DNA of 62,960 nt, filler included, from Chrysochromulina tobinii (Eukaryota): the NCBI GenBank assembly GCA_001275005.1. It is 4 parts of 4 records of this genome, joined end to end, with 100 filler letters (N's around TTAATTAATTAA, not from the genome) between each part and the next. Parts side by side here need not be neighbours in the genome. Positions count along the whole stretch, not along the records: positions 1 to 10,758 come from JWZX01001011.1; positions 10,859 to 29,775 come from JWZX01001012.1; 2 more parts are not named here. One strand, 5' to 3'. How positions within the stretch are numbered: position 1 is the stretch's first letter; each line of letters opens with the position of its first letter. The position numbers were made by a program, and so were the translations under genes. Below the pieces are notes generated by a model. It did no database searches. It saw only the letters and a list, made by a program, of their open reading frames with translations, and was not told where the DNA came from. Of the stretch, positions 1-11,991 are shown one piece after another.

Positions 1-1
1 C

Positions 2-3000
2 GGTTGGCCGCCACCACCGCCTCGACCACCATCGCGCGAGCCATCGCCCCCGCCCCCACCGTCGCCACTTCCGCTCCCCCCGCCTCCGCGACCGGCCCCA
101 CCGTCGCCACTTCCGCTGCAAAGGCCTCCGCGACCGGCCCCTGCACCACCACCACCAGCTGCACCACCACCACCAAGCCTACCTCCACCACCAAGCCTAC
201 CTCCACCACCAAGCCTACCTCCACCACCAAGCCTACCTCCACCACCAAGCCCTCCACCACCAAGCGCTCCACCAGTTCGACCTCCTCATGCCCCGCCCGC
301 AATCCTGCCAGCGCCGCCGCCTACTCATCATGGGCTCATCGCCTTCTTGGTGGGCGGCATGCTTCTTGCCGTGGCCGCCGTTGTGGGTTTCTTCCTTGGA
401 GTTCTTCCTTCGCGGCTTGCAACGTCCGGCCGGCGCCTCCAAATGACAAAAGAAGCAAAAAGGGTAGACGACCCGGGAGGGGTGCTCGTTAGCACAACAG
501 TTGCACTGATCGTCGGGATCACGGTGGGGCAGGTCGCGGCGCTCGCGAAGATGCACGCGATCTCGGTGGTCGCTGCGGCCGTCTTGTCCACACTTGCTGT
601 TTGGGCGTCTATGATCCCTCCCGAGCTGGTCAAGTGGAAGCCGATTGGACCTGTAAGGCCTTTGTTCGCAGGCCTCTCCGCGAATAAGAGAGATGTTGAT
701 AAGCTCGAGGTTGTCAACGGCAACTTCGCGGCAGCCATTCAGACTAAGGTCTTGAATCAAATGAAGGAAGCAAAGAGCAGGGGAGTTCTGGCCGACGATA
801 CGGTCGTGGACTTCACGGGAGCCCAGCTCGATATGTTTGAGGTATCCGGCCTGCAAGAGAAGAGCTTCATCAAGGCAGGAGACACGTATTTTCAACTGGT
901 TGCCCTGCCGGGAGCCGACATGTTCACTCTCCACAGTCGCCTCAACGACGGCTCAGCAGTGGAAGCAGTGCATGTGCTGACGGGGACCGCCGAAACAACC
1001 GACGCCAAAGGGCTCGCGCCGACCGAGAACAACCTTAACCCTGGTCAGGTGGCAGGTATGGACCAGAGCTGGGAGCGCGTTGAGGACCCGTTCTCACCAG
1101 GGGATTATTACTGGTGGAACCCTTCGACCGGTGATACCACCTGGGATGAGCCTCAGTTGGCCTCGAGAGCTGCGCCGCCACCACTGGAGAGAGCGGAGGT
1201 TACAGCCGACTGCGGCAAGGCCTGTGGGATGGGACTCGCCAGATTAGAGCAAGCCCTGCTTCTCTGCGTCAATCCGCTCATAGGTGTTACGCACTTGGTC
1301 GTGCAGAACGTGGGGCCAACTGCTGTCCAGCTAGGTGTGCTTCTTGCCGCCCTTCCCGAGCTGATTGCTCTATGGTATCTAGCGCCATGGAGACAAGACG
1401 GCGAGATTGCAGGCCACTATGCGACCGCCAGTCCTTCTGTGTCCAGCAAAGGTGCCCATGGGGCTGCCGCCTACGATGATCTCGGCGAGCCAGCAGCAGG
1501 AGCGGCACACCTCGGCCTTGTCGAGATCATGATAGAGGATCTACATGTCGCAGAGCTGACGGTCAATGACTATTTAGGTCTCAACCCATCGATCTACTTA
1601 TGGTTGATCGTTCTGATTTGTGCAATGGTCAAGCTGGGTGACTCGCTGCTTGTGATGGTCACTGTCTTGAAGCTCGATGAGATGATTCCGGCGAAGCTGC
1701 AGCAGCGTATGAAGGTCTTGGACGGGGGGATCCAGCACACGGTGCGGGGCATGAAGAAGCAGTTCATGGCAGTGGTAGAGGACAAAGTGTCCACCATTCT
1801 GACTGTCACTTCCGAACCTGCGTCTTCCAAAGCGTTCTCGGCTGGCCCTGCAACACCCAAATGCCTCACGCCATACGTGGAGTCGGTGCAAGCAAAGCTG
1901 CGTTCAACCGGCAGCGCCATCCGGCTCTCGCCCTTAAAGGCGTTGGTGGTCATTGTTGAGCTCGTTCTGATTGTCGACCACATGGCCGTCGGTGGCACGG
2001 CGATGACCAATCTAGCGCTGAACTTTGCAACGACCTTGTTCTTGCCGAACCCCTGCTCTCCAAGGCACGGTGGTTTGGAGGGATTGTTTATGGATATCGA
2101 GCGTTGGTTGCCGCCGGGGAGGATCGTCGGCAACAGCACCAATTATGAGGACCGACAGGAACAGTACCAACGCGAGGTAGGTGATAAAGTTGATTGCGCC
2201 AACGAGCAAGACGTGCCCAGGTTTGAAGTAAACGAGGAGACAACAAACTTGCATAAGGACCAGTTGCAACAGATGGCTGTCAACTTAGCGGTGCCGGCTG
2301 CTGCACTGGTTGCCACATCTATGGCAATGTCGCGGGCCGTGCGAAGGAGCCTCTGCCCGGGCGAGCTGGAGCGTTTTGACAGCTCTGAGCTTGAATTTGC
2401 TCAGGAGGAGTACCAGCGCATCAGCGAGCTCAAGTACGTCGACAGCCAGGGGCCAGATTTCGAGAAGCAGGTGCAGCGATCTTTGCGCGCCACACTGTTT
2501 TGCTACAGTGGACTCGTGTGCGTGATGATGGTGGTGTGGATGATGATTGCGCCGCTGCACCCTGGTTTTGGGGCAATCTTTAGCACCGCAGTCGCACTCT
2601 CCGGCTTCTGTGTGGCGACCTTTGCGCTGGCCGTTCCTCAGCCCCAGGACTTTAATCGGTTCTTGAGTCGCCTGGTGTTCTTATTCGTGGCTTTGTTTGC
2701 TGCTCTGGCACTCGGATTGGCAGCACTGGTCGCTCCGCCGGTGAACAACATATCACAATCGGGCGACCTTCCCAACGGCGCAAGTACCAGTGGCGCTGTT
2801 GCTGACATCGATGCTAGCAGCGTCAAACTGGCGCAAGCCGCGATGCATTCTCTGATAGAATACGTGCACGAGGCTGGTAGTGGGGCGGTCGAGCTCAACG
2901 CGCGCCTGCTGGATGCCGAAGCGAGCGCCCCCGATCACATGCGCTGGCTGTGGAACGCTGTCTTCGGCAGCTTCGTTGCGCTGACTATCTTCCTAGGGTA

Positions 3001-3865
3001 CGACTTGCTTTGCGCGTGCATCGCGCCGCCAAATGTGGAGTACATATCTCTGGTCGAAGATGAGGAGGCACAGCCACCGGCTTCGGAAGCGCCACTGTCA
3101 AGGGGGGACGGAAGCGCCACCGTCAAAAACGTGTCGCTGGGCGTCAAGGGGGGGCTTAGAAGCTTTCCGACGCCGAAGGATGTCATAACCCACGAGAAGC
3201 TTGCCGTGCAGTCACGATTTCTACCACCGCCGATCCACCTTCCGCCACCAATCGATCGGGACACCATGTGGCAATTCAGCGTCGCCAGCGAGTGCTTGAG
3301 CGGCCGGCTAAGCTCCCGAACGAGCGCTTCCCGGGTCGGTCAGGAGGCGCTCCATGGAAGCGCTCGTTGCTCGTCGACGAGCGCTCGTTCCAGGAGTGGT
3401 CCCAAAAGCAACCCTTCAGTGAGCCTATCGAGCCCATCGAGCACTTCGCGACGATCCGCAGCCCCCGCCCCTGCAACGGAGCCTAGCGCGACCCCACCAC
3501 GCACGTGCACCGTGACGGTGAAAATGAATGCGGTCGTGGTGCGGATCACCCTCGATGAGAAGCTCCTTCGCCGCCCTCTTTCGACCGCGCTCGTCACACC
3601 GTTTTTGCGATCTTACAACGAGAAGCTGGGTGAGGCCCTAGGGCTGGCTGACGTGTTGTCCGTCACCGTCGACGGACGGCGGGTTCCTCGGATGGATGGG
3701 CTCGCGGGTGAACTTTTCCCGAATCTGGCGCACCGTGTGGAGCTCAAGCAGAGGCAGCCAGACGACGAACGCTGGCAACGACCAGGTTGCGACTCATCGA
3801 CGTCATCCGCAGGCGTGGGAGCAGCTGCATACGTTGCAGCATTGCACCGTTCCGGCATCATTTAG
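2..3865 (+). CDS. Multi-pass membrane protein with Pro-rich stalk and WW domain (5'-partial; start lies upstream of the window)
   Basis: The frame of ORF 347..3865 is open back to base 2 (GWPPPPPRPPSREP...PPPSLPPPPSL). A hydrophobic helix follows, then a WW signature (WERVEDPFSPGDYYWWNPSTGDTTWDEP) and several further TM-like segments. Confidence 0.75.
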   Translation, partial: GWPPPPPRPPSREPSPPPPPSPLPLPPPPRPAPPSPLPLQRPPRPAPAPPPPAAPPPPSLPPPPSLPPPPSLPPPPSLPPPPSPPPPSAPPVRPPHAPPAILPAPPPTHHGLIAFLVGGMLLAVAAVVGFFLGVLPSRLATSGRRLQMTKEAKRVDDPGGVLVSTTVALIVGITVGQVAALAKMHAISVVAAAVLSTLAVWASMIPPELVKWKPIGPVRPLFAGLSANKRDVDKLEVVNGNFAAAIQTKVLNQMKEAKSRGVLADDTVVDFTGAQLDMFEVSGLQEKSFIKAGDTYFQLVALPGADMFTLHSRLNDGSAVEAVHVLTGTAETTDAKGLAPTENNLNPGQVAGMDQSWERVEDPFSPGDYYWWNPSTGDTTWDEPQLASRAAPPPLERAEVTADCGKACGMGLARLEQALLLCVNPLIGVTHLVVQNVGPTAVQLGVLLAALPELIALWYLAPWRQDGEIAGHYATASPSVSSKGAHGAAAYDDLGEPAAGAAHLGLVEIMIEDLHVAELTVNDYLGLNPSIYLWLIVLICAMVKLGDSLLVMVTVLKLDEMIPAKLQQRMKVLDGGIQHTVRGMKKQFMAVVEDKVSTILTVTSEPASSKAFSAGPATPKCLTPYVESVQAKLRSTGSAIRLSPLKALVVIVELVLIVDHMAVGGTAMTNLALNFATTLFLPNPCSPRHGGLEGLFMDIERWLPPGRIVGNSTNYEDRQEQYQREVGDKVDCANEQDVPRFEVNEETTNLHKDQLQQMAVNLAVPAAALVATSMAMSRAVRRSLCPGELERFDSSELEFAQEEYQRISELKYVDSQGPDFEKQVQRSLRATLFCYSGLVCVMMVVWMMIAPLHPGFGAIFSTAVALSGFCVATFALAVPQPQDFNRFLSRLVFLFVALFAALALGLAALVAPPVNNISQSGDLPNGASTSGAVADIDASSVKLAQAAMHSLIEYVHEAGSGAVELNARLLDAEASAPDHMRWLWNAVFGSFVALTIFLGYDLLCACIAPPNVEYISLVEDEEAQPPASEAPLSRGDGSATVKNVSLGVKGGLRSFPTPKDVITHEKLAVQSRFLPPPIHLPPPIDRDTMWQFSVASECLSGRLSSRTSASRVGQEALHGSARCSSTSARSRSGPKSNPSVSLSSPSSTSRRSAAPAPATEPSATPPRTCTVTVKMNAVVVRITLDEKLLRRPLSTALVTPFLRSYNEKLGEALGLADVLSVTVDGRRVPRMDGLAGELFPNLAHRVELKQRQPDDERWQRPGCDSSTSSAGVGAAAYVAALHRSGII

Positions 3866-3982
3866 AGAGGTAAGTCAGGTGTTTTAGGTATCAAGGTGCT
3901 AAAGTCGGATTCGAAAGGTCTCTAGTCACTATTCACATGCCAATGTTCTATTCACATTTGCGAATCTTCTCGGGATCTTTTG

Positions 3983-5288
3983 ATGACAGTCACGTCCCAC
4001 CGCTTGGTGGCCGTGCTCGTGGCCGTCTTCAGCGCATCCGTCAGCTGCATCGGCCCGCTCGTCGTCCGTGGCGAGATCGGCGACCGCTCAGCCCTCCACA
4101 GTCTCCGCGGTGGATCCGCCGCTGCCGCCAGTATCGCCCCGCCTGCAGGTGATGTGCAGCCGGCAGTGCCGTTCGTGGAGCCCATGTGTCGCGTGGGCGA
4201 CGCGCGTTTCGTGCTCTTCCCGATCCAGTACGGCAAGCTGTGGGAAATGTATAAGAAGCACGTGGCCTCCTTTTGGACAACCTCGGAGATTGACCTTGGG
4301 CCGGACCTGCACGACTGGAATCGACTTACCAAGGGCGAGCGACACTTCATCACGCACGTGCTCGCCTTCTTCGCGGCGTCGGACGGCATCGTTGTCGAGA
4401 ATCTCGCCGAACGCTTCTGCGCCGACGTGCAGCTGCCCGAGGCGCGCTGCTTCTACGGCTTCCAGATCGCGATGGAGAACATCCACTCGGAGACGTACAG
4501 CCTGCTCATCGACACGTACGTGAGCGACGATGCCGAGCGGCAGAGGCTCTTCCAGGCGATCAACGAGGTGCCCGCGGTGCAGGCCAAGGCGGCCTGGGCG
4601 CTCAAATGGATCCGCTCGAACGCGTCCTTTGCGCAGCGCCTCGTGGGGTTTGCATGCGTCGAGGGCATCTTCTTCAGTGGCTCGTTCTGCGCGCTCTTCT
4701 GGCTCAAGAAGCGCGGCCTCATGCCGGGGCTCACGTTCTCGAACGAGCTCATCTCGCGCGACGAGGGTCTGCACTGCGACTTTGCGTGCCTCCTCTACTC
4801 CATGCTCGAGCATCCGCTGCCGCAAGACACGGTGCACGCGATCGTCCGGGAAGCAGTCGACATCGAGCGCAACTTCATCTGCGACGCGCTACCCGTCGAC
4901 CTGATCGGGATGAACGCGCGCTTGATGGGGCAGTACATTGAGTTCGTAGCCGACCGGCTGCTGCGCGAGCTCGGTGCGTGCTCGAGGATGCTCCCAAATT
5001 AGGATGCTCGATGATGCTCGCAATACCCCTTCGCCCACGCCCTCTCCTTTTGCCATGCCTGCGTGCACTGTTTACTCACATCTCTCTGTCCCTGTGCGTG
5101 CAGGCTGCGCGCCGCTGTACCACGCGTCGAATCCCTTTGACTGGATGAATCTGATCTCGATGCAGGGCAAGACGAACTTTTTCGAGCGCCGCGTCGGCGA
5201 ATACCAAAAGGCCGGAGTGATGTCGGGAAATCATCATCACGGTGAGCAGGGCGCGCAGCGCGTTTTTGCGCTGGACGCGGACTTTTGA
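3983..5288 (+). CDS. RRM2: Ribonucleotide reductase small subunit (R2); exons 3983-4973 and 5104-5288
   Basis: Motifs [30 protein letters not shown] and DEGLH. Removing the GT..AG intron 4974-5103 restores [26 protein letters not shown] and the C-terminal FALDADF. Confidence 0.96.
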
Positions 5289-6159
5289 GCTACAGTAGGG
5301 TCCCGTAGATTGAAAATTTTCATGAGAGCCGCGCTTTGGTAGTCCGTGTGCGTGCGAAGAATGTTCGAACAAAACCCCCTCGAATTCGATTCGGCCCGAA
5401 TGGAATTGGATTCGCGCTCCATCGACACGGTTACCGGTACACACATCTGTACCGTGTAGTCTGTAGACTGCCAGCTGGGGAGGACGGGAGTCGATGGAGA
5501 TGACGGAGGGGGATCCATGAAGAGGCGACTCCTGCCCTTCATGACTTGACTTTCGTCACTCTTTCGTCACGAGAGCCAAATTCACAATGATCAAACTCAC
5601 CGCAGGTGTGGTTGTGTTCAGTGTGGGTGTGAACGAGGGCTCCCCGCAGGCGAGCCGGCCAACCGGCCCGGCCGAGCATGCATGCATTGTGTTCCACATC
5701 CATATCGTATCCATATGCGGAAGGGGCGAGCACCGGTTCGTCGCCCCTTGTCCGCTTCGCAAGAGCGACGAGTCACCTCGTTCGCCATCGCGTGTTGTTG
5801 TTGTCGTGTCTACAGATGGACATCGTCGCCGTTCCGGCGGGCGCAGCCCCGGCGGCCGCGCTGGTCTTGCGAGGGGGTGATTCCCCCGCTGAGCTTCGCG
5901 ACCGCTGATTCATTCAACTTTCAACACGACGCTGGGCGCCACTCTTTGGTCTTGCAGAATTGCAGTGGTTGGAGCAGCGGGCAAGATGGGGGCCGCCTAC
6001 GCGAACGTGGCGGCGGAGATCAGCAGGGCACTTGTTGCAAGCACCGTCCGCGGGCGCGCAATAGGGTGGTGCATGAGGGTGGTGCGACGCTCTGGATGCG
6101 AACCGCTACCATCCAAGCTTTCAAGTCACCGGCGCGACAGCCGGCTCGGCTCTCGATCT

Positions 6160-9100
6160 AGGCTGCAGCGCTCGCTCTCGGAAGCTTGATGGACACGGGC
6201 GACTCCATGTTAGGCGTGCACCGCTGATCGCCCTGTCGGGTGTGACGCTCACTGCCGCATCGGCGTCGGCTACGCTCTCGATCAAAGCTGCTGCTCTTGC
6301 GCTCATTCGGAATCTTGAGCGGCGGAGGCCGCTCGCTGCTCGGCGCGCGCAACGTTGATTGCCCGGTCGGGTGTGACGCTCGCTGCCGCATCGGCGTCGG
6401 CTACGCTCTCGATCGAAGCTGCTGCTATCGCTCTCGGAAGCTTAAGTGGCACAGGCCGCTCGTTGCTCGGCGCACGCACCGCTGATCGCCCTGTGTCGGG
6501 TGTGACGCTCGCTGCCGCAGCCGCGTCAGCATCGCTCTCGAATAGAGCTGCTGCTCTTGCTCTCGAGCGCTTGAGTGGCACAGGCCGCTCGTTGCTCGGC
6601 GTGCGCACCGCTGATCGCCCTGTCGGGTGTGACGCTCGCCGCCGCAGCTGCGTCAGCAACGCTCTCGATCAAAGCTGCTGCGTGCTCTTGCTCTCATTCG
6701 GGAGCTTGAGAGGCAGCGGCCGCTCGCTGCTCGGTGCGCGCACCGTTCATCGCTCTGTCAGGTGTGGCGCTCGCCTCCACAGCTGCGTCGGTAGCGCTCT
6801 CGATCCAAGCTGCTGCTCTCGCTCAGGAGCTTGAATGGCTCAGGCCGCTCGCTGCTCGGCTCGCGCACCGCTGATCGCCCTGTCAGGTGTGACGCTCGCC
6901 GCCGCAGCAGCGTCGGCAACGCTCTCGATCGAAGCTGCTGCTCTTGCTCTCGGAAGCTTGAGCGGCACCGGCCGCTCGTTGCTCGGCGTGCGCACCGCTG
7001 ATCGCCCTGTCGGGTGTGACGCTCGCCGCCGCAGCTGCATCGGCTACGCTTTTGATCAAGCTGCAAGGCGAGTGTCCTTGCAGAGGCCAACGTGTGACGC
7101 TCGCCGCCGCAGCTGCGTCAGCAACGCTCTCGATCGAAGCTGCTGCTATCGCTCTCGGAAGCTTAAGTGGCACAGGCCGCTAGTTGCTCGGCGCGCGCAC
7201 CGCTGATCGCCCTGTCGGGTGTGACGCTCGCCGCCGCAGCTGCGCCCGCAACGCTCTCGATCCAAGCTGCTGCTCGCTCTTGCTCTCTTTCGGGAGCTTG
7301 AGAGGCAGCGGCCGCTCGCTGCTCGGTGCGCACACCGCTGATCGCCCTGTCGGGTGTCACGCTCGCCTCCACAGCTGCGTCGGTAAAGCTCTCGATCCAA
7401 GCTGCTGCTCTTGCTCTCAGGAGCCTGAATGGCACAGGCAACTCGTTGCTCGGCGCGCGCACCGCTGATCGCCCTGTCGGGTGTGACGCTTGCTGCTGCA
7501 GCTGCGTCGGCAACGCTCTTGATCGAAGCTGCTGCTTCTGCTCTCGGAAGCTTGAGCGGCACAGGCCGCTCGTTGCTCGGCGTGATCACCCGGTCGGGTG
7601 TGACGCATGCCGCCGCAGCTGCGTCAGCATCACTCTCGATCCAAGCTGCTGCTCTTGCTCTCAGGAGCTTGAGCGGCACTGGCCGCTCGCGGCTTGGTGC
7701 GTGCACCGCTGATCGCCCTGTCGGGTGTGACGCTCGCTGCCGCAGCTGCGTCGGCTACGCTCTTGATCAAGCTGCAAGGCGTGTGTCCTTGCAGAGGCCA
7801 ACGTGCGACTGCTCAGCACGCATGTCCTCTCTGAGGCTAATGCGTGTATGTGGTCTCCGATTACCCTACTGTTCAAGCCCCTGCTGCTCTCGCTCTCAGA
7901 GGCAGCACGCGCTGCGCTGATCACCCTGTCGGGTGTGACGCTCGCCGCCGCAGCTGCGTCAGCAACGCTCTCTATCGAAGCTGCTGCTCTTGCTCTCGGA
8001 AGCTTGAGCGGCACAGGCCGCTCGCTGCTCGGCTCGCGCACCGCTGACTAACCGCTGATCGCCCTGTCGGGTGTGACGCTTGCCGCCGCAGCTGCGTCAG
8101 CAACGCTCTCGACCCAAGCTGCTGCTCTCGCTTTTAGGAGCTTGAGCGGCACAGGCTGCTCGCTGCTCTTCGCGCGCAACGCTGATCGCCTTGTCGGTTG
8201 TGACGCTCGCTGCCGCAGCTGCGTCGGCTACGCTATTGATCAAGGCTGCTGCTCTCGCTCTCGGAAGCTGGAGCGGCACAGGTCGCTAGCTGCTCGACTC
8301 GCGCACCGCTGATCGCCCTGTCGGGTGTGACGCTCCCTGCCGCAGCTCCGTCAGCTACGCTCTCAATCCAAGCTGCTGCTCTTGCTCTCAGGAGCCTGAG
8401 CGGCACTTAAGCGGCACAGGCCGCTCGCTGCTCGGTGCGCACACCGCTGATCGCCTTGTCGGGTGTGACGCTCGCCGCCACAGCTGCGTCGGCTACGCTC
8501 TCGATCAAGGCTGCTGCTCTCGCTCTCAGAAGCTTGAACGGCACAGGCTGCTTGCTGCTCAGCGTGTGCACCGCTGATCGCCCTGTCGGGTGTGACGCTC
8601 GCGGCCACAGCTGCGTCGGCTACGCTCTCGATCCAAGCTGCTGCTCTCGCTCTCAGGAGCCTGAGCGGCACATAAGCGGCACAGGCCGCTCGCTGCTCGG
8701 TGCGCGCACCGCTGATCGCCTTGTCGGGTGGGACGCTCGCCGCCACAGCTGCGTCGGCAACGCTCTCGATCAAAGCTGCTGCTCTCGCTCTCAGAAGCTT
8801 GAGCGGCACATGCCGCTCGCTGCTCGGCTCGCGCACCGCTTATCGCCCTGTCGGGTGTGACGCTCGCTGCCGCAGCTGCGTCGGCTACGCTCTTGATCCA
8901 AGCTGCTGCTCTTGCTCTCGGGAGCCTGAGCGGCACGGGCCGCTCGTTGCTCGGCGTGCGCACCGCTGATCGCCCTGTCGGGTGCGACGCTCGCCGCCAC
9001 AGCTGCGTCGGCTACGCTCTCGATCCAAGCTGCTGCTCTTTCTCTCGGGAGCCTGAGCGGCACATAAGCGGCACAGGCCGCTCGCTGCTCAGCGCGCGCA

Positions 9101-10758
9101 CCGCTGATCGCCTTGTCAGGTGTGACGCTCGCCGCCACAGCTGCGTCGGCAACGCTCTCGATCAATTGAACACGGCTGCTGCTCTCGCTCTCGGAAGCTT
9201 GAGCGGCACAGGCCGCTCGCTGCTCGGCTCGCGCACCACTGATCGCCCTGTCGGGTGTGACGCTCGCTGCCGCAGCTGCGTCGGCTATGCTCTTGATCCA
9301 AGCTGCTGCTCTTGCTCTCGGGAGCCTGAGCGGCATGGGCCGCTCGCTGCTCGGCGTGCGCACCGCTGATCGCCCTGTCGGGTCCGAGCTGCTGCTCTCA
9401 CTCTCGGAAGCTTGAGCGGCACAGGCCGCTCGTTGGCTGCTGCTCTCGCTCTCAGAAGCTTGAACGGCACAGGCTGCTTGCCGCTCAGCGCGTGCACCGC
9501 TGATCGCCTTGTCGGGTGTGACGCTCGCCGCCGCAGCAGCATCAGCTACGCTATTGAACACGGCTGCTGCTCTCGCTCTCGGAAGCTTGAGCGGCACAGG
9601 CCGCTCGCTGCTCGGCTCGCGCACCGCTGATCGCCCTGTCCGGTGTGACGCTCGCTGCCGCAGCTGCGTCGGCTACGCTCTTGATCCAAGCTGCTGCTCT
9701 TGCTCTCGGGAGCCTGAGCGGCACGGGCCGCTCGATGCTCGGCGTGCGCACCGCTGATCGCCCTGTCGGATCCAAGCTGCTGCTCTCGCTCTCGGAAGCT
9801 TGAACGGCACAGGCCGCTCTTTGCTCGGCGTGCGCACCGCTGATCGCCTTGTCGGGTGTGACGCTCGCCGCCGCAGCTGCGTCGGCTACGCTCTCGATCA
9901 AGGCTGCTGCTCTCGCTCTCAGGAGCCTAAGCGGCACATAAGCGGCACAGGCCGCTCGCTGCTCGGCTCGCGCACCGCTGATCGCCTTGTCGGGTGTGAC
10001 GCTCGCCGCCACAGCTGCGTCGGCAACGCTCTCGATCAAAGCTGCTGCTCTCGCTCTCAGAAGCTTGAGCGACACATGCCGCTCGCTGCTCGGCTCGCGC
10101 ACCGCTGATCGCCCTGTCGGGTGTGACGCTCGCTGCCGCAGCTGCGTCGGCTACGCTTTCGAACAAGGCTGCTGCTCTTACTCTCGAAGCTTGAGCAGCA
10201 CAGGCCGCTCGCTGCTCGGCTCGCGCTCCGCTGATGCGTGCACCGCTGATCGCCCTGTCGGGTGTGACGCTCGCTCCCACAGCTGCGTCGGCTACGCTCT
10301 TGATCCAAGCTGCTGCTCTTGCTCTCGGGAGCCTGAGCGGCACGGGCCGCTCGATGCTCGCCGTGCACACCGCGGATCGCCCTGTCGGATCCAAGCTGCT
10401 GCTCTCGATCTCGGAAGCTTGAGCGGCACAGGCCGCTCGCTGCTCGGTGTGCGCACCGCTGATCGCCCTGTCGGATGCGACGCTCGCCGCCGCAGCTGCG
10501 TCGGCTACGCTCTCGATCCAAGCTGCTGCTCTTGCTCTCAGGAGCCTGAGCGACACATAAGCGGCACAGGCCGCTCCCTGCTCAGCACGTGCACCGCTGA
10601 TCGCCTTGTCAGGTGTGACGCTCGCCGCCACAGCTGCGTCGGCAACGCTCTCGATCAATTGAACACGGCTGCTGCTCTCGCTCTCGGAAGCTTGAGCGGC
10701 ACAGGCCGCTCGCTGCTCGGCTCGCGCACCACTGATCGCCCTGTCGGGTGTGACGCTC
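6160..10758. repeat. Tandem satellite, ~127-bp unit, roughly 35 diverged copies, running into a gap
   Basis: The anchor CCGCTGATCGCCCTGTC recurs at 6868/6995 and 7335/7462 (127-bp period). The period is not a multiple of 3, and the ORFs here shift frame. Confidence 0.95.
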
Positions 10759-10858
10759 NNNNNNNNNNNNNNNNNNNNNNNNNNNNNNNNNNNNNNNNNN
10801 NNTTAATTAATTAANNNNNNNNNNNNNNNNNNNNNNNNNNNNNNNNNNNNNNNNNNNN
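10759..10858. other. Artificial contig join (N-run + TTAATTAATTAA six-frame-stop linker)
   Basis: Exactly 100 nt; identical to the other two spacers. Confidence 0.97.
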
Positions 10859-11718
10859 TCCTCCTCCTCCTCCTCCTCCTCCTCCTCCTCCTCCTGAAAG
10901 CGCTCGAGCGCCTCGAGCTCGGCTATGGTCAGCAGGTGGCCGTCAGCCATCTTCCGCAGCAGCTCGTCGAGGTCGGGCGTCGCCGTCGCATTCGGATCGG
11001 AAAGGTCCTCAGCCAATCCGGCCAGCTGATTGAGCCGGTCATTCCAACTGCCACTGGCCACCGGCACGCTGTAGTATTCGTCCTCCGCCGGTGCCAGACG
11101 AGGTCTGGCCACCGGCACGCTAGCCACCGGCACTGTTCCCGCTCGCGGTTTCGTAGCGCGTACAGCCTCCATGGGCCCAACACCGTAACTGGCGGCCGAG
11201 CGGGTTGCGTTTGAAGAGCACATTGAGTATGGTAGAATGGTCGGATCTCTCGCATGGTCCATGCCATAGGCCTTCTCAAGGTCCGCCTCGGCAGCCTCAA
11301 AGGCCTCGACTGCGAGAACGGCGGCTACTCTCCGACGTTCCCGCTCGAGAAAGTTGTCGGCGTCGACTGGCCCAAATAGCCTCAGCTCCTCGAGTCGCAC
11401 ACGGAGCGCGTTCCTCTCCGCCTGCAGTTCTAGCGCGGTGGCGTAGTCTTCTCGATCACCCGCGGCGCGCATGCTCCGCGTGAGCTCATCAACGCGCCGC
11501 GTCAGCTCCACCACCGAAGGCCCAGACTCGGTGGTCGTTGGCAGCGGAGCAGAAGGTGGCAAGGCCGGGGCTGTCGCATTGGCAAGGTAAACTGTTTCGT
11601 CCTTCTCCTTCCTGCTGCTGTTCCTGCTGCTGCTCTTCCTGCTCGGTGAATCCTTCTTCTTGGGGGATTTGGCGTCGCCGCTCGCCGCGGTGCCGCCCTT
11701 ATTAGCCTTCTTCTTCAT
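10859..11718 (-). CDS. Hypothetical protein with UVR-like (UvrB/C) coiled-coil motif; 3'-partial
   Basis: ATG at 11718, Lys/Ser-rich N-terminus, motif ELTRSMRAAGDREDYATALELQAERNAL; ends in poly-Glu at the gap. Confidence 0.6.
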
Positions 11719-11991
11719 CCAAAGCCCGACCCTCCACGATTTTGGGCGCTGCCGCCGTCGCGAGCACTTTTTTGGTCGTTTAGAAGTACAGCCTTTTGTA
11801 CGCGCGTGATGCGAACCACTGGGACCTGTGCTGTGTGGTTTTGAGAGGGTCTCGCCGCTCCGGTCGAAATACCAAGCACGCGTAGCGCGAACAGAAGCGC
11901 GAGTGGTGCGTCGATTTTAGAAGCGCACGATTGGCGGCGGCGACGCGGCGCCGCGCAGTTACAGGAAGGCTGGTGCCCAGTGAATCGCAAC

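Noticed and set aside
4..492. Thr-rich 162-aa ORF
   Set aside because: Alternative frame of the Pro-rich stalk of the 2..3865 gene.
3983..5288. Viral origin of the RNR gene (endogenous giant virus)
   Set aside because: Host-like GC content, a canonical intron and no viral hallmark genes nearby.
6160..10758. CRISPR array or coding repeats
   Set aside because: No unique spacers and no cas genes; the 127-bp period shifts frame and introduces stops.
10803..10814. TTAATTAATTAA as a biological motif (also at 29820 and 48050)
   Set aside because: Identical six-frame-stop linker inside N-runs; an assembly artefact.
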